IMG/VR virus record: IMGVR_UViG_3300043107_000144
DNA: 64,000 bases
Reading direction: 5' to 3' (one strand)
From: an uncultured virus (IMG/VR IMGVR_UViG_3300043107_000144)
Taxonomy: Duplodnaviria > Heunggongvirae > Uroviricota > Caudoviricetes
Shown here: positions 20,601-29,805 of the stretch, one piece after another
Position numbering within the stretch: the first letter of the stretch is position 1
How the letters are laid out: each line of letters begins with the position of its first letter
Made by a program: the position numbers and the translations under genes
The notes under the pieces: model-generated
What the model was told of the DNA's origin: nothing
The model's database searches: none
What the model saw: only the letters and a program-made list of their open reading frames with translations

Positions 20601-23600
20601 CGAAGGTTGTAACCGTGTTTAAGAATTTGAGAGCGGCCATCATGCTTGTAAACTCAGAAGCCAAAAAAGGAGCTGCAATGGCTACGTTGTTTGGAACTTC
20701 ATGGAAAGCAGCCTTAGTGCAAACAGGTGTAGGTCTAGTGGTTATCGCTATTACATCTTTGATTGCTTTGCTTTTCAAGGCGAATGGAGCAGCTCAGCAG
20801 CTAAATGAAGAGCTCGGTCGCATTGGCGAGTCTCAAGGTCAGCACTTGAAAGAAAGTATCGCAAACTATTTATCTCTTGCGGAGACCGTAAAAAGCTCCA
20901 ATAAGTCATATTCAGAGCAAGAAGAAGCACTCTCTGAATTAAAGCGTATATATAAGGATATTCTTCCGTCGTATATGCTTGAAAGAGAGTATCTTGAAAA
21001 GAATACAGATGCGTACAAGGACGCAACGGATGCTATCAATAAGTATTATATCGCTCAGGAGTACAATAAGAAGTTGACAGCTATCGAACAGTCTGAGTAT
21101 TACACGAAGGCTCTTGAAAAGATGAAGGAAGTCGGAAAGAAATTCATGAAAGAGGGTGTGTTTGATGAGTATGTGACAAAAGATGCCGTAAATAAATGGA
21201 TGGAGGTTATCACAAAGGAGCTTGCTGCCGGTAAACTTGAAAACTCTAAGGCTGCGATAAAAAAGAGAATGGAAGAACTCTTTGAAGGGCACATGGATGT
21301 ATCAAAGATACCTGATACCGATACTGGCATTAAGAAGGTTACAAAGCAGATAGATAAGCTCATTGAAGCCGAAGGTAATCTTACGCTTGCTACTCTCGGT
21401 GGAAAGAATGTGCAGGAAGACTATGCAAAATCTCTTGAATCTGCTCCTCTGGACCAATTAATTGCTAGGTATAAGTCATTGCAGAAAGAGATAGATACGT
21501 ACAAAGAAAATATCAAAAAACTGCAGCAAATTACAAGCTCAACTCAACGCTCGAACATTGATGAAAAAATAAAAGATTACGAACAGAAAATCAGTGATAT
21601 TCAGAGCAGGCTGCTCCCAGAACTGGAAGAAGCGTTGTCGAAACGACTTGTCGATGAAGTTCAGGCCGGATTTGAAGAGTCTTTCAAGAATGTCGAAGAA
21701 ACCATCCGCTTGTACGCAAAGTTAAAGACGGAGAAGGAGGAACTTTCGAAGAAGAAGATTCAGACGGAAGACGATAAGGAGGCACTTAAAAAAGTGAATG
21801 AAGAACTTGTAAAAGCAGGCGCTAGTATTAGACAACTTCTTCCTCACATAGATGAAGCATCGCTTGCTTTTCTTGATAGCGCTGACAATGCCTTTACTCT
21901 TGAAAAAGGAATTAAATCACTTAAAGAGGCATTCTTGGCTAGAGAGTTTACAGCGACAGCACCCAAGTTCTTGTCGGGTATAAACTCGCATATACTTGAC
22001 ACACTTGGCAAGATTGAGTGGCTGAAGAAAGCCATCAACAGTATCTCGCAGACGCTATTCAAGAAGACGGTATTTACAGATGTTGACGAGACAGTTATTA
22101 CCGCGGCTCAGGAGGCGCAGATGAAAGCTTCCGAAGAGGCGGCTGAGGCACTCTCACGCGAAGAGAAGGTTTATCAGGAAGCGGCAAAAAAATACGGTGT
22201 TGACTTAAACAGGCTGACAAAATATAGAAAGAGCGACCAAGAGGCGAACTCTACGTATGCAAAAAGACTGAAAGATACAGCCGAGGAGTACGAAAAAACG
22301 CAGGCACATTTCAGTTCACTTGCAGCAGAGCAAAAAACAGCTTACCTGAAGGAACATTCAACAACTGTTCAGGCTATTGAGGATAATGCACAAATGGCAA
22401 AATCGCTTCGGTATATATCAGAGGTTTACGATGAGACCGGTGCAAACGACGCAAAGAACAAGAAGTCGGGTAAAGACCCCATCCTCGACCTCTGGAAAGA
22501 CCGCGTGAAGTATATCGAGGACTTCTTCAAACGCTATAAGGAATCCTTGAAGAACTTCAGCAAGGAAGCGACCGATGCCAATGTATCAGAATCCTTCAAG
22601 GCGCTCTTTGACGTAAAAGGTGCCGATGGAAATAGCCTTAGCCAGATGAAAGGTCTTAACATAGCAGACCTTATCGCGAACAATGTAGACGACAAGGGAC
22701 TTGTTGAAGCCTTTGAGAAGCTGAAAGCGCTTATCCCCTCAAAGTATAAAGACCTGATTGATGATATACAGAAGAAGATTTCCGATACATCCATGACGGT
22801 AGGAGTGAGTGTTCAGGTAGAAGGACTTAAAAACACGCAGCAGCAGATAGATGAACTCTTCGACAGCTACGAACTCTCAAAGACCATCAAAGACCTTGGT
22901 CTTAATGTTGAGATGGTTGCCATGGTTGGCGGAAAGCCGACATCACTTGAAGACCTCCAAGAAAAGATAGACGGAGTGTACAAGGATATGTTAAAGACGC
23001 AGAAGGTGTACGGTACGGAAGGTGAGAAGAGCTGGGACAAGTACTACGAAAAGGTAAAGAGTATCGAGAACAAGGCTCTTCAGGAAAGAATGAAGGACTA
23101 TGCCAAGTACATGACTACCGCCTACGGAGAGAGAGCAAAGTATCAGATTGATATGTACAATCAGATGACACAGATGCTTGGCGACTTCGACAAGGCTGCA
23201 CTGCAGAATCCGCAGATGGCCGATACGTACAAGCAGATGGCTGCTGATGCCATGCGCAACATGAAGAAGGAGATAGAGACGAAGATGGGAGAGTTTGACT
23301 TCAAGGACTTGATGGAATCAGATATGTTTACCGAGATGTTCCAAGACCTGTCCCGTATCTCCGACAAGGTACTTGACAGTATGCTCTCCAAGATTCGCGA
23401 GATACGTCAGACCTCTGAAAACCTATCCTTCTCGCAGCTTCGTCAGCTGGCGCAGTACGAGGAGAAAATCATGGCGGCTAAGTTTGACAAGGGCGGCATT
23501 ACCGATTACGTCAAGGCCATAAGGGATGCAGCCGCGGCACGCAAGGCATTTGGAAGCCGCGAGGATATTCAGGTGAAGCTCACCACCACGCAGGACCAGA

Positions 23601-25054
23601 TAGATTCACAGCAGAAGTATCTCGACGACCTGAACGTGGCGATGGCTATCGACTCGAAGACCTATGATATAGACGAAAACAAGGCAAACCTTTCGGAGCG
23701 GCAGCTGGAAATCCTGAAGCAGCAGAGAGTATCACTTGCCAACGGTCTTGACTATATCAGAATGCAGAAGGCATCCACGCAGGAGAATATCACCGCCATT
23801 ACCAAGGAGAACAAGAAACTTCAGGAGGCAGATGATAGTCAGAAGTCAGCAGCGCAGGCAGCGCAGCAGATGCAAAACAAGATACAGGCTTGGGGCGAGG
23901 TTGCGCAGCAGGCAGTCGGTATTGCCAGTGATGCCATGACGGTATTTAAGGGTCAGCTCAACGAGGAAGACGAGGCATGGATAGAGTTTGCAAGCAACAT
24001 GGTAAACATGATTGTACAGCTCGGTATCATGTTCGTAGCTCTGGGTGTAACAATCACATCCGCACTTGGAATCATCGGCCTTATTGCCACTGCAATCTCT
24101 ACTATCTTAGGCCTTGTAAAGACACTACTTGCTACGCATGATTCTTCCCTTGAAAAGCAAATCAGCCGGTTAAAAGATAAGATTGAAGACCTTGAAAGAG
24201 CCTACGACAAGCTGTCTGATGCGATGGATGCAGCCTTTGACTATAGCTCATACTCCATGGACTATAGCAAGATGCGGTATAACCTGAACAAGCAGATACA
24301 GTACTATAACGAGATGATTCAGCTCGAAAAGAGCAAGAAAAACTCCGACAGCAGCAAAATCAGGGAATATCAGCAGGCTATCGAGGACTTGCGCGACGAA
24401 CTTGAAGAGCTCAGAGAACAGCGTATCACAGACCTTGGCGGATTCGGTTCATCAAACTATAAGAGCACCGTAGAGGACTTTGTTTCCTCTTGGGTCGACG
24501 CCTTCAAGGAGACGGGCGACGGTCTTGATGCGCTGAAGGATAAGTGGAGCGAGAGTATCGAGAGTATGTTTGTCAAACAGGCAACCATCAACCGTGCCGC
24601 AAAACTCTATTCAAAGGCAATGGAGATTATCGACAATGCCATCGACAGCGGCTCTACAGGTTTCGGTCTTGAAGAGGCTATATCGGCAGCACAGAGAGCG
24701 AGCGACCAAGCAGCAGAGGAGCTGAACGATTACCTGAAAGCACTGGCGAAAGTCTTCGGTATCTCTTCGGAAGGAGAGAATACGTTGTCAGAGCTTCAGC
24801 AGGGTATATCCAACATTACAGAATCTCAGGCGGCAGCGATTGAGGCATACCTGAACTCCATTCGTTTCTATGTAGCCTCGGACAACGAGAAAGTGACGGA
24901 GCTGACAACGCTTATCCGCTCGCAGTATGAGAATGTAATCAATCCTATGCTGACGGTACTGAAGGAGATACGTGATGGTATCAGCTCATTCAGCGATAAG
25001 TTCTCCGCAGCCTTCAAGAACACTGGCGGTAGCTGGAAACTTCAGGTTTGCTAA
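17630..25054 (+). CDS. Tape measure protein
   Basis: 2474 aa, helical, with tape-measure domain (ALESPFSIMQLERATKQIAAFG) and hydrophobic segments. Confidence 0.9.
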   Translation: MADSEVVGIKIEVDEANLNNAAKAVKDAVSGIRTTVESEMRAVSDAISNIPAAGIEELAGKLNSLKAAIGDMNVSKNLTESMKAIKSLADIKDTTALEKVTTMLSELQSKTGGNGLEKTSRDIKQVKEEADKAAESISNMAQQVSATADSSGLGFFGRLKEKIIKATDELTSDPYEKAESEQERKSTERATEALREKNKVQKETNELYRSLSTTIQQFTGALSQLQSVLDKVAQKHRTAGKAAKEQTVDIEELKNRISTVASDKSIGKQSVAWITNTINDINTAMRSIGVDRETEQWFANIKQSLTDIRKLRESATSVKEAGKESNAEKELNQLYTERLRLLGQLNSAGRTIEVSLAKNNTSTVETENYFSAIKKQIDELDAKIAEAKGRLGDLGSSATKVFDEKTILAEAKAASQLAEALNKVSMAKQKLEQTDLSKAQTSVRSMYNQILQLGRLQESLFSTQGKFAAGSENYDKAAEGIKRIEERITTLRERIQELKSKYGESNFTDAEQQYAIKSTAQQVKIAEDAEKEKTSIAAREAAERRANEIHEAKLATEEAKRLRLEAAASNLDARTIATQTKTSTSQSKEEREIELQREREKEIARVREQIDALDKADKDYAENLTRLNAILTNLINKKSANAATTRTATAEEAREAVAIANNTKSLKDYINARQKLISAMSGMNSTSAEWQRLNALLADTTRNIDRIKQKMGELNSKAKETNTLASQLRNQFAALFSISAIKGFITKMVEVRAQFELQRIALGAIIQDVDRANDVFKEVQNMALESPFSIMQLERATKQIAAFGVEADKLKPSIKMLADISAGLGVDIDRLILVYGHIKANNALQQLHVRQFTNAGFNIAQNLADYFTEIEGKMVSVADVTDRIHKKMVTFADVEEVLRRVTSAGGMFYDMQKKQSDSLWGQMQRIKDQYDLMLNEIGQSSQNSISWVLTTIRALIKHWREFSNIVKGLSYVFAGWAAYKILFGVIASLGAKVVTVFKNLRAAIMLVNSEAKKGAAMATLFGTSWKAALVQTGVGLVVIAITSLIALLFKANGAAQQLNEELGRIGESQGQHLKESIANYLSLAETVKSSNKSYSEQEEALSELKRIYKDILPSYMLEREYLEKNTDAYKDATDAINKYYIAQEYNKKLTAIEQSEYYTKALEKMKEVGKKFMKEGVFDEYVTKDAVNKWMEVITKELAAGKLENSKAAIKKRMEELFEGHMDVSKIPDTDTGIKKVTKQIDKLIEAEGNLTLATLGGKNVQEDYAKSLESAPLDQLIARYKSLQKEIDTYKENIKKLQQITSSTQRSNIDEKIKDYEQKISDIQSRLLPELEEALSKRLVDEVQAGFEESFKNVEETIRLYAKLKTEKEELSKKKIQTEDDKEALKKVNEELVKAGASIRQLLPHIDEASLAFLDSADNAFTLEKGIKSLKEAFLAREFTATAPKFLSGINSHILDTLGKIEWLKKAINSISQTLFKKTVFTDVDETVITAAQEAQMKASEEAAEALSREEKVYQEAAKKYGVDLNRLTKYRKSDQEANSTYAKRLKDTAEEYEKTQAHFSSLAAEQKTAYLKEHSTTVQAIEDNAQMAKSLRYISEVYDETGANDAKNKKSGKDPILDLWKDRVKYIEDFFKRYKESLKNFSKEATDANVSESFKALFDVKGADGNSLSQMKGLNIADLIANNVDDKGLVEAFEKLKALIPSKYKDLIDDIQKKISDTSMTVGVSVQVEGLKNTQQQIDELFDSYELSKTIKDLGLNVEMVAMVGGKPTSLEDLQEKIDGVYKDMLKTQKVYGTEGEKSWDKYYEKVKSIENKALQERMKDYAKYMTTAYGERAKYQIDMYNQMTQMLGDFDKAALQNPQMADTYKQMAADAMRNMKKEIETKMGEFDFKDLMESDMFTEMFQDLSRISDKVLDSMLSKIREIRQTSENLSFSQLRQLAQYEEKIMAAKFDKGGITDYVKAIRDAAAARKAFGSREDIQVKLTTTQDQIDSQQKYLDDLNVAMAIDSKTYDIDENKANLSERQLEILKQQRVSLANGLDYIRMQKASTQENITAITKENKKLQEADDSQKSAAQAAQQMQNKIQAWGEVAQQAVGIASDAMTVFKGQLNEEDEAWIEFASNMVNMIVQLGIMFVALGVTITSALGIIGLIATAISTILGLVKTLLATHDSSLEKQISRLKDKIEDLERAYDKLSDAMDAAFDYSSYSMDYSKMRYNLNKQIQYYNEMIQLEKSKKNSDSSKIREYQQAIEDLRDELEELREQRITDLGGFGSSNYKSTVEDFVSSWVDAFKETGDGLDALKDKWSESIESMFVKQATINRAAKLYSKAMEIIDNAIDSGSTGFGLEEAISAAQRASDQAAEELNDYLKALAKVFGISSEGENTLSELQQGISNITESQAAAIEAYLNSIRFYVASDNEKVTELTTLIRSQYENVINPMLTVLKEIRDGISSFSDKFSAAFKNTGGSWKLQVC

Positions 25055-25092
25055 GAGCATTCTTTTCTTTTTCATACTTCTTCTTATACTTA

Positions 25093-25127
25093 AAAAGGGG
25101 GCGCGCTTCACAGCGAGTCCCCTTTGT
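25093..25127. terminator. Bidirectional terminator between convergent operons
   Basis: AAAAGGGGGC...GTCCCCTTT hairpin. Confidence 0.6.
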
Positions 25128-25228
25128 CCAAACGTCCAATCGTATAAAGAAATCTGGAAAACTGTATTAACCAAAAACTAACTTCTCTTAGATGAACTAA
25201 AAAATTGATATGATGTTATGACAAACTA

Positions 25229-25504
25229 CTACTCAAATAAACCTTTGTACCACTCATTGTAGGATTTGTCTATCTGCAATCTCTTCCTTACAAGTTCCTC
25301 CCTTCTCTGAACGGTACGTGTATTCATGCCAAAGAGTTTTGAGAGATTGGAGTATGAGATACCGTACTCGGAGTGAAGGGTGTATATGACAGCACTCTTG
25401 GCCTCAGAGACGTTCCGATGCCGGTTCTTTTCTATCACGTCCGATGGGTTGATTCCGCATTTAATGCTTATATCTATTATTACCTTTGCTACTTTATATA
25501 TCAT
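25229..25504 (-). CDS. DnaA C-terminal-like HTH protein
   Basis: KNRHRNVSEAKSAVIY...GISYSNLSKLFGMNTRTV resembles the DnaA domain IV pattern. Confidence 0.6.
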   Translation of the reverse strand: MIYKVAKVIIDISIKCGINPSDVIEKNRHRNVSEAKSAVIYTLHSEYGISYSNLSKLFGMNTRTVQRREELVRKRLQIDKSYNEWYKGLFE

Positions 25505-25638
25505 GGTGATTCTCTTTTGCTTTTACAAGCACCCCTGCCTCTCGGCAGGAGTGCAAGAAAAATCAGTAATACAACAAAACAAAACACAAATACACAAAAA
25601 GAAAAGAAAGGAAATCCTACATGGTACTAAATATATCT

Positions 25639-26271
25639 TTATGCCTCATCCTCATCGTAATTCGGAAGCTTATCCGCTTCTTCAATAAGGCGCTGCATGG
25701 TATTAATCTCCGCCTCCAGCTCGATGTTTTCCTTCACATCCTCTTCCGTTTCCTCATGCTCTTCTGCATTGTCAATATTCTCCCTGCAGAACTTACCGTA
25801 GGTATCAACAATGCACGTTGCTATATCCATGAGTGATTCCTCACTGGCGGAAGCAAAGAGTGGTGCTTGGTAAACATATTGAAGAGCCGCAGCGTAAAGT
25901 CCGCGCAGACGCGCTTCTTCTTCGTTTTCAGCCGCTTTCTCCTTGAAGATGAAGAGTTGGTCTAAAAACCGACAAACTCTCTTCATTCGCCAAGAAACTA
26001 GCGTCTGCAAGCCTCCTTTGGCTGTAAAGAGGAAACCTTGTGCGCAGCGCTGAATCTTCACCGCTCCGTAGTCAATCTCATCGGTAATGGATTTGACCGG
26101 CACAATCAGCTCAACGGAAGAGAGGTCTATCTCCTTCTGAAGGGACTTAATCTGCTTGATAAGCTGCTTTGCAAACTTATCATCCTTGGAGTTTGTCAGC
26201 AGAAGATTTTCTGCCTCTTTTAGCTTTTCCTGCGGTGTTTTTACTGCTGTTTGTTTGTTCTTTTTCGCCAT
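25639..26271 (-). CDS. Hypothetical protein
   Basis: 210-aa ORF in a minus-strand operon. Confidence 0.7.
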   Translation of the reverse strand: MAKKNKQTAVKTPQEKLKEAENLLLTNSKDDKFAKQLIKQIKSLQKEIDLSSVELIVPVKSITDEIDYGAVKIQRCAQGFLFTAKGGLQTLVSWRMKRVCRFLDQLFIFKEKAAENEEEARLRGLYAAALQYVYQAPLFASASEESLMDIATCIVDTYGKFCRENIDNAEEHEETEEDVKENIELEAEINTMQRLIEEADKLPNYDEDEA

Positions 26272-26773
26272 AGCTCTTATTGTTTTTTTCTATTGCTTTT
26301 CTGTATTTAAGGTCATCCGCAAGCGTCTGACGCGCCTGACGTGAGGCGCAGGCAAGGGTGATTCTGCGGACTTTTCTTCTGTCTTCGTAAATCTCGTTGT
26401 ACGTTTTTCCAACCGTGGAGAAAAGTCTCCTTATCTCCTGCATCTCCTCATCGTTTTTAAACTTGAAAAGATACTCGATATTTGCCGCGTCCGTATCGAA
26501 GTGCGGAATGTACTTGTTGTCAAGGGATTCGTAAGGGTAAAGCTCCAAGATTTGCACAATCTGCGCCGGCTCACCGAAGTCCCTCTTGATAATGGTGCCT
26601 TCTCCGTCATTCTCAACAAGCAGATAGGCCTTGCTTCCGTTTATCTTCTTCGCCAAGGCAATCGCCTTTATCCACATAACGGAGCTCCCGTCCGCTATCT
26701 TGTCGGGAAGGCAGACAAGACCTGCCGCCTCCACCGCGCTCTGTTTCATGATGTCTAAACTTGTCAGTGCCAT
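26180..26773 (-). CDS. Hypothetical protein
   Basis: 197-aa ORF overlapping the next gene. Confidence 0.65.
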   Translation of the reverse strand: MALTSLDIMKQSAVEAAGLVCLPDKIADGSSVMWIKAIALAKKINGSKAYLLVENDGEGTIIKRDFGEPAQIVQILELYPYESLDNKYIPHFDTDAANIEYLFKFKNDEEMQEIRRLFSTVGKTYNEIYEDRRKVRRITLACASRQARQTLADDLKYRKAIEKNNKSYGEKEQTNSSKNTAGKAKRGRKSSADKLQG

Positions 26774-26774
26774 A

Positions 26775-27314
26775 TTATTCAGGTGATTTTATGTCGTATC
26801 CGATTCGTTTTAGCTCGTAGGCTGCATCTTCAGGGTCAACAGAAACAAGAATCTGCCCCGTAATGAATGGGTTGCTTCCGTTAATGTAGATAATGTTCTG
26901 CGGGCCTTTCTCCTTCGATGAGAACTCATCCTCTTCTTCCTCATCCCCTTCGTAGTCAACCGTAAAGCCAAGCTCCGTGAGTACCTTGACAAGGAAGAGA
27001 ACGGGGAACTCCACCTGCGTACCGTGGTCGTCGTCATGAAGCACAACCTTCTGAAAGAGGATGCCTCTTTGCTCATCCTGCTCTTTTTCACTTGCTTCAT
27101 CATCATTCACATTTGGGAATGACTCCTGAAACCAGTTGACAAATTCTTGGAATGTTTTTTCTCCCTGATTGTCGGGAGAATAAATATCATCCGTTTCGCC
27201 TATGATACCTGCGCCAAGAAGAAATACCTTGGCTAGCTTTACCGCCTTCTTTGAATATTCTCCTGAGCCAATCTCTGCTTGGCATTTGTTTCTTATCTCT
27301 TTTTTTGCGTTCAT
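26775..27314 (-). CDS. Acidic hypothetical protein
   Basis: 179 aa, D/E-rich, tightly coupled to neighbours. Confidence 0.65.
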   Translation of the reverse strand: MNAKKEIRNKCQAEIGSGEYSKKAVKLAKVFLLGAGIIGETDDIYSPDNQGEKTFQEFVNWFQESFPNVNDDEASEKEQDEQRGILFQKVVLHDDDHGTQVEFPVLFLVKVLTELGFTVDYEGDEEEEDEFSSKEKGPQNIIYINGSNPFITGQILVSVDPEDAAYELKRIGYDIKSPE

Positions 27315-27315
27315 T

Positions 27316-27801
27316 CTACTTGCTATTTATTGGATTTTCATCATAATATGTGCCTGCCAGATTGGTGAACGTATAGGACACCTCTCGGTAGGGTTGTTTA
27401 CCGTAGAGTCTTTCTGCAACCATGGATGGCTGTTTCTGCATGAGAAGAAGGTAGTACTTCTTTCTGAATGTGTCATGATAAACGAGCTTCCTTCCCTGAA
27501 TGAACTTCTGAAAAGCCCGCTCGTTTTCAAGTGCCGTATAGTCCTTGTTGGTATGGAAAAGCAGCGTCAGCTTAGGCTCTGTTGTTTCATGCGTTATATC
27601 TTCAGGAGCAGGAGTATATACCCTTAATGCCTTGCTTTCGGCAAACTCTTCGGTGTACACCCTCGGCACACCGTCCTCGGATAGACCGGTGAATGATGAG
27701 TATGTACAGTCAAATGTTTCCTCGATGTCTATCTCACCCTTGTACTTGTCCGATTCGTACTGGGTGAAGGATTGCATATAGAAGTTATACCCGTTGCTCA
27801 T
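27316..27801 (-). CDS. Putative distal tail protein
   Basis: 161 aa, beta-rich (YTEEFAES, KLTLLF, LVYHDTFRKK); resembles Bacteroidota siphophage distal-tail proteins by eye. Confidence 0.45.
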   Translation of the reverse strand: MSNGYNFYMQSFTQYESDKYKGEIDIEETFDCTYSSFTGLSEDGVPRVYTEEFAESKALRVYTPAPEDITHETTEPKLTLLFHTNKDYTALENERAFQKFIQGRKLVYHDTFRKKYYLLLMQKQPSMVAERLYGKQPYREVSYTFTNLAGTYYDENPINSK

Positions 27802-28279
27802 GATGATATTCTCTTTTTACCTTAATACTACTATCTCCTTCTGTCTTTATGGATGAGTTATAGAGATATACGCTTACGCTCGCAGGGACAGGGCAGGTGT
27901 TCTTTATCTCTACCACCGAGTCTACGATGTAGATGTCGCATGGGCGGGTAGCTTCTATTTTGCCACCAGAGGACAATACAAGATTGTTTGCCTCCGTAAT
28001 GGTAATATCCGCATTCTCCGTAAAGAGCATACCGCTGTATCCATCCTGCCGGCTGATATACCGACCGTTGGAAAGTGAAGAGAACATCCTTGCTATCTCG
28101 CGGGCGCTGCACACAAGACCTTGTGAGATTCTTTCCGCTACCCAAGGTGTCGCGGCAGAGTTGAGGGCAAGGTCAAGGAACTGTTTCTTTGACCCCGCCT
28201 GTTCAACTCTGGTACTGAAAGAATCACAAATACCCAATGAACATGCCTTTTGCACAAATCCTATAAACTTCTCATCCAT
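27785..28279 (-). CDS. Phage protein of the type usually found after tape measure genes
   Basis: N-terminal ACSLGICDS motif; own TACCTTTG promoter at 28292-28285; likely start ATG 28279. Confidence 0.45.
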   Translation of the reverse strand: MDEKFIGFVQKACSLGICDSFSTRVEQAGSKKQFLDLALNSAATPWVAERISQGLVCSAREIARMFSSLSNGRYISRQDGYSGMLFTENADITITEANNLVLSSGGKIEATRPCDIYIVDSVVEIKNTCPVPASVSVYLYNSSIKTEGDSSIKVKREYHHEQRV

Positions 28280-28347
28280 AGCCACAAAGGTATGAAAATA
28301 AACCGAAGGTTCAAATTTTTAAAGAAGTTTTTTTCTTCTTTTTTAAA

Positions 28348-29076
28348 CTACTGGAACTTAATCAATCTTATGTTTTCTCTAAATGTGTAAAGACCGTCAA
28401 GAACTTCCTTGGTTATCTCGATGGGTACCGGGTTAAGGAACTGGCATAGCGCCTTCTTCAGAAGCTGAATCTTCGGGTGAAGGCGTGTAGGTCTACTCTC
28501 GCCAATCCTTTCAAGAAGCATCTTATCCATAGCCGCGTTGTGCCACTGAAGCACGTCAATGGAGAACAGCGACATATAGGCGTTGACGTATATCTCGTCA
28601 AACTCATCCTCCGATACACGCTTCAGCACTTCCTTGTCGATAGCAAAGAAGAGGTCTGCAAAGTGGTCTCTGCATCCTTCAAAGAACTGGTCCGTTGCGC
28701 TGATGATGTTCCTGATGTGAAAATCGTTAAGGTCAAGAGAAATGCTTCTCTCATACTCCCTGCGAAGTGTTCTCACATCACGGGCAAACGTCTTTGTAAA
28801 GGACAGCTTCAGCTCTGCGCCCTCATCGGCTACGAGCGTGGCGAACTTCCACGCAAGACGTGTAATGACAACCGGTACGAATCCAACAGCCATCTGCTCC
28901 TCATAGGAAAGCTCATTGAGCATCCTCTCTGTCGAATCACGGATAGAGCGAAGGAACTTGTACTCTTCGAGCCTTCCGTCTCTTATCATCTTCTCGGCAA
29001 TACGTCTTTCGCCTTCCCGCTCCAGACCATCCTTGAACGCCCGGTAGCCAAGTGTCATTTCATTTATAGACATCAT
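28348..29076 (-). CDS. Hypothetical protein
   Basis: 242-aa ORF coupled to the replication gene. Confidence 0.65.
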   Translation of the reverse strand: MMSINEMTLGYRAFKDGLEREGERRIAEKMIRDGRLEEYKFLRSIRDSTERMLNELSYEEQMAVGFVPVVITRLAWKFATLVADEGAELKLSFTKTFARDVRTLRREYERSISLDLNDFHIRNIISATDQFFEGCRDHFADLFFAIDKEVLKRVSEDEFDEIYVNAYMSLFSIDVLQWHNAAMDKMLLERIGESRPTRLHPKIQLLKKALCQFLNPVPIEITKEVLDGLYTFRENIRLIKFQ

Positions 29077-29755
29077 CTTCCGCTTCCTCCTTTCCGCCTG
29101 AAATCTCCGCTCCGTTCATTATCTCATAATACCTCTGCTTCTCCACATAACTGTTGCAGTAGTTGCCAGACAGCACTTTTTCGAGCGTTTCTGGCTTCTT
29201 TATGAGCCAGTCAAAGGTGGCGCTCCAGTTATGCTGATTCTTTCCCTGAAGGAACTCGCTGATACCTATAATTCTGAATGCTTTCATAAGGGCATCAACA
29301 GAGAGTGCATTCTGCGTAAGGGTGTTGCGCATCATGCGCTTTCTCTTCGGTGTGAACCGAGGAAAGGCAGGCAGGTTGGGGTTAGCCTGCTGCCACGCAC
29401 TCTGTATGGCTTCATAGTCATAGTCGGTGCGCGTCTGCTTCTCCCCTACCAAATCATTCTTTTCCGTTTCCTCCACGTAGCTCTCCTTGTAGAGAAGGGC
29501 AAGCACGCGCATGACGCCATCCTCGTCAACGGAGGCTTGTATAGCGCCTTTCTTATGAAGGGAGTTGAGTATCTCCTTTGCTTCCTTGGTGGATACTCCT
29601 ATCTCTTTTGAAATCGTATTAGACGTAATCTTTGAACCCATAGGGTCGTCTGTTGTCGCGTCAATATAAAGCATTGCGGCTTTCTCATGCCACGACAGCT
29701 GGTGCGTCTCAAATAGCTGAAGGGGTATAAAGAGCCCCTTTGGAATGATTTTCAT
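29060..29755 (-). CDS. Putative replication initiator
   Basis: N-terminal wHTH (SNTISKEIGVSTKEAKEILNSLHKKG) and C-terminal NWSATFDWLIK, typical of phage replication proteins. Confidence 0.55.
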   Translation of the reverse strand: MKIIPKGLFIPLQLFETHQLSWHEKAAMLYIDATTDDPMGSKITSNTISKEIGVSTKEAKEILNSLHKKGAIQASVDEDGVMRVLALLYKESYVEETEKNDLVGEKQTRTDYDYEAIQSAWQQANPNLPAFPRFTPKRKRMMRNTLTQNALSVDALMKAFRIIGISEFLQGKNQHNWSATFDWLIKKPETLEKVLSGNYCNSYVEKQRYYEIMNGAEISGGKEEAEDDVYK

Positions 29756-29805
29756 AGTGCTATTTGCTTTTTAAAATGAGTGTTTGTTTGAAATCTTTTT
29801 CTCTC

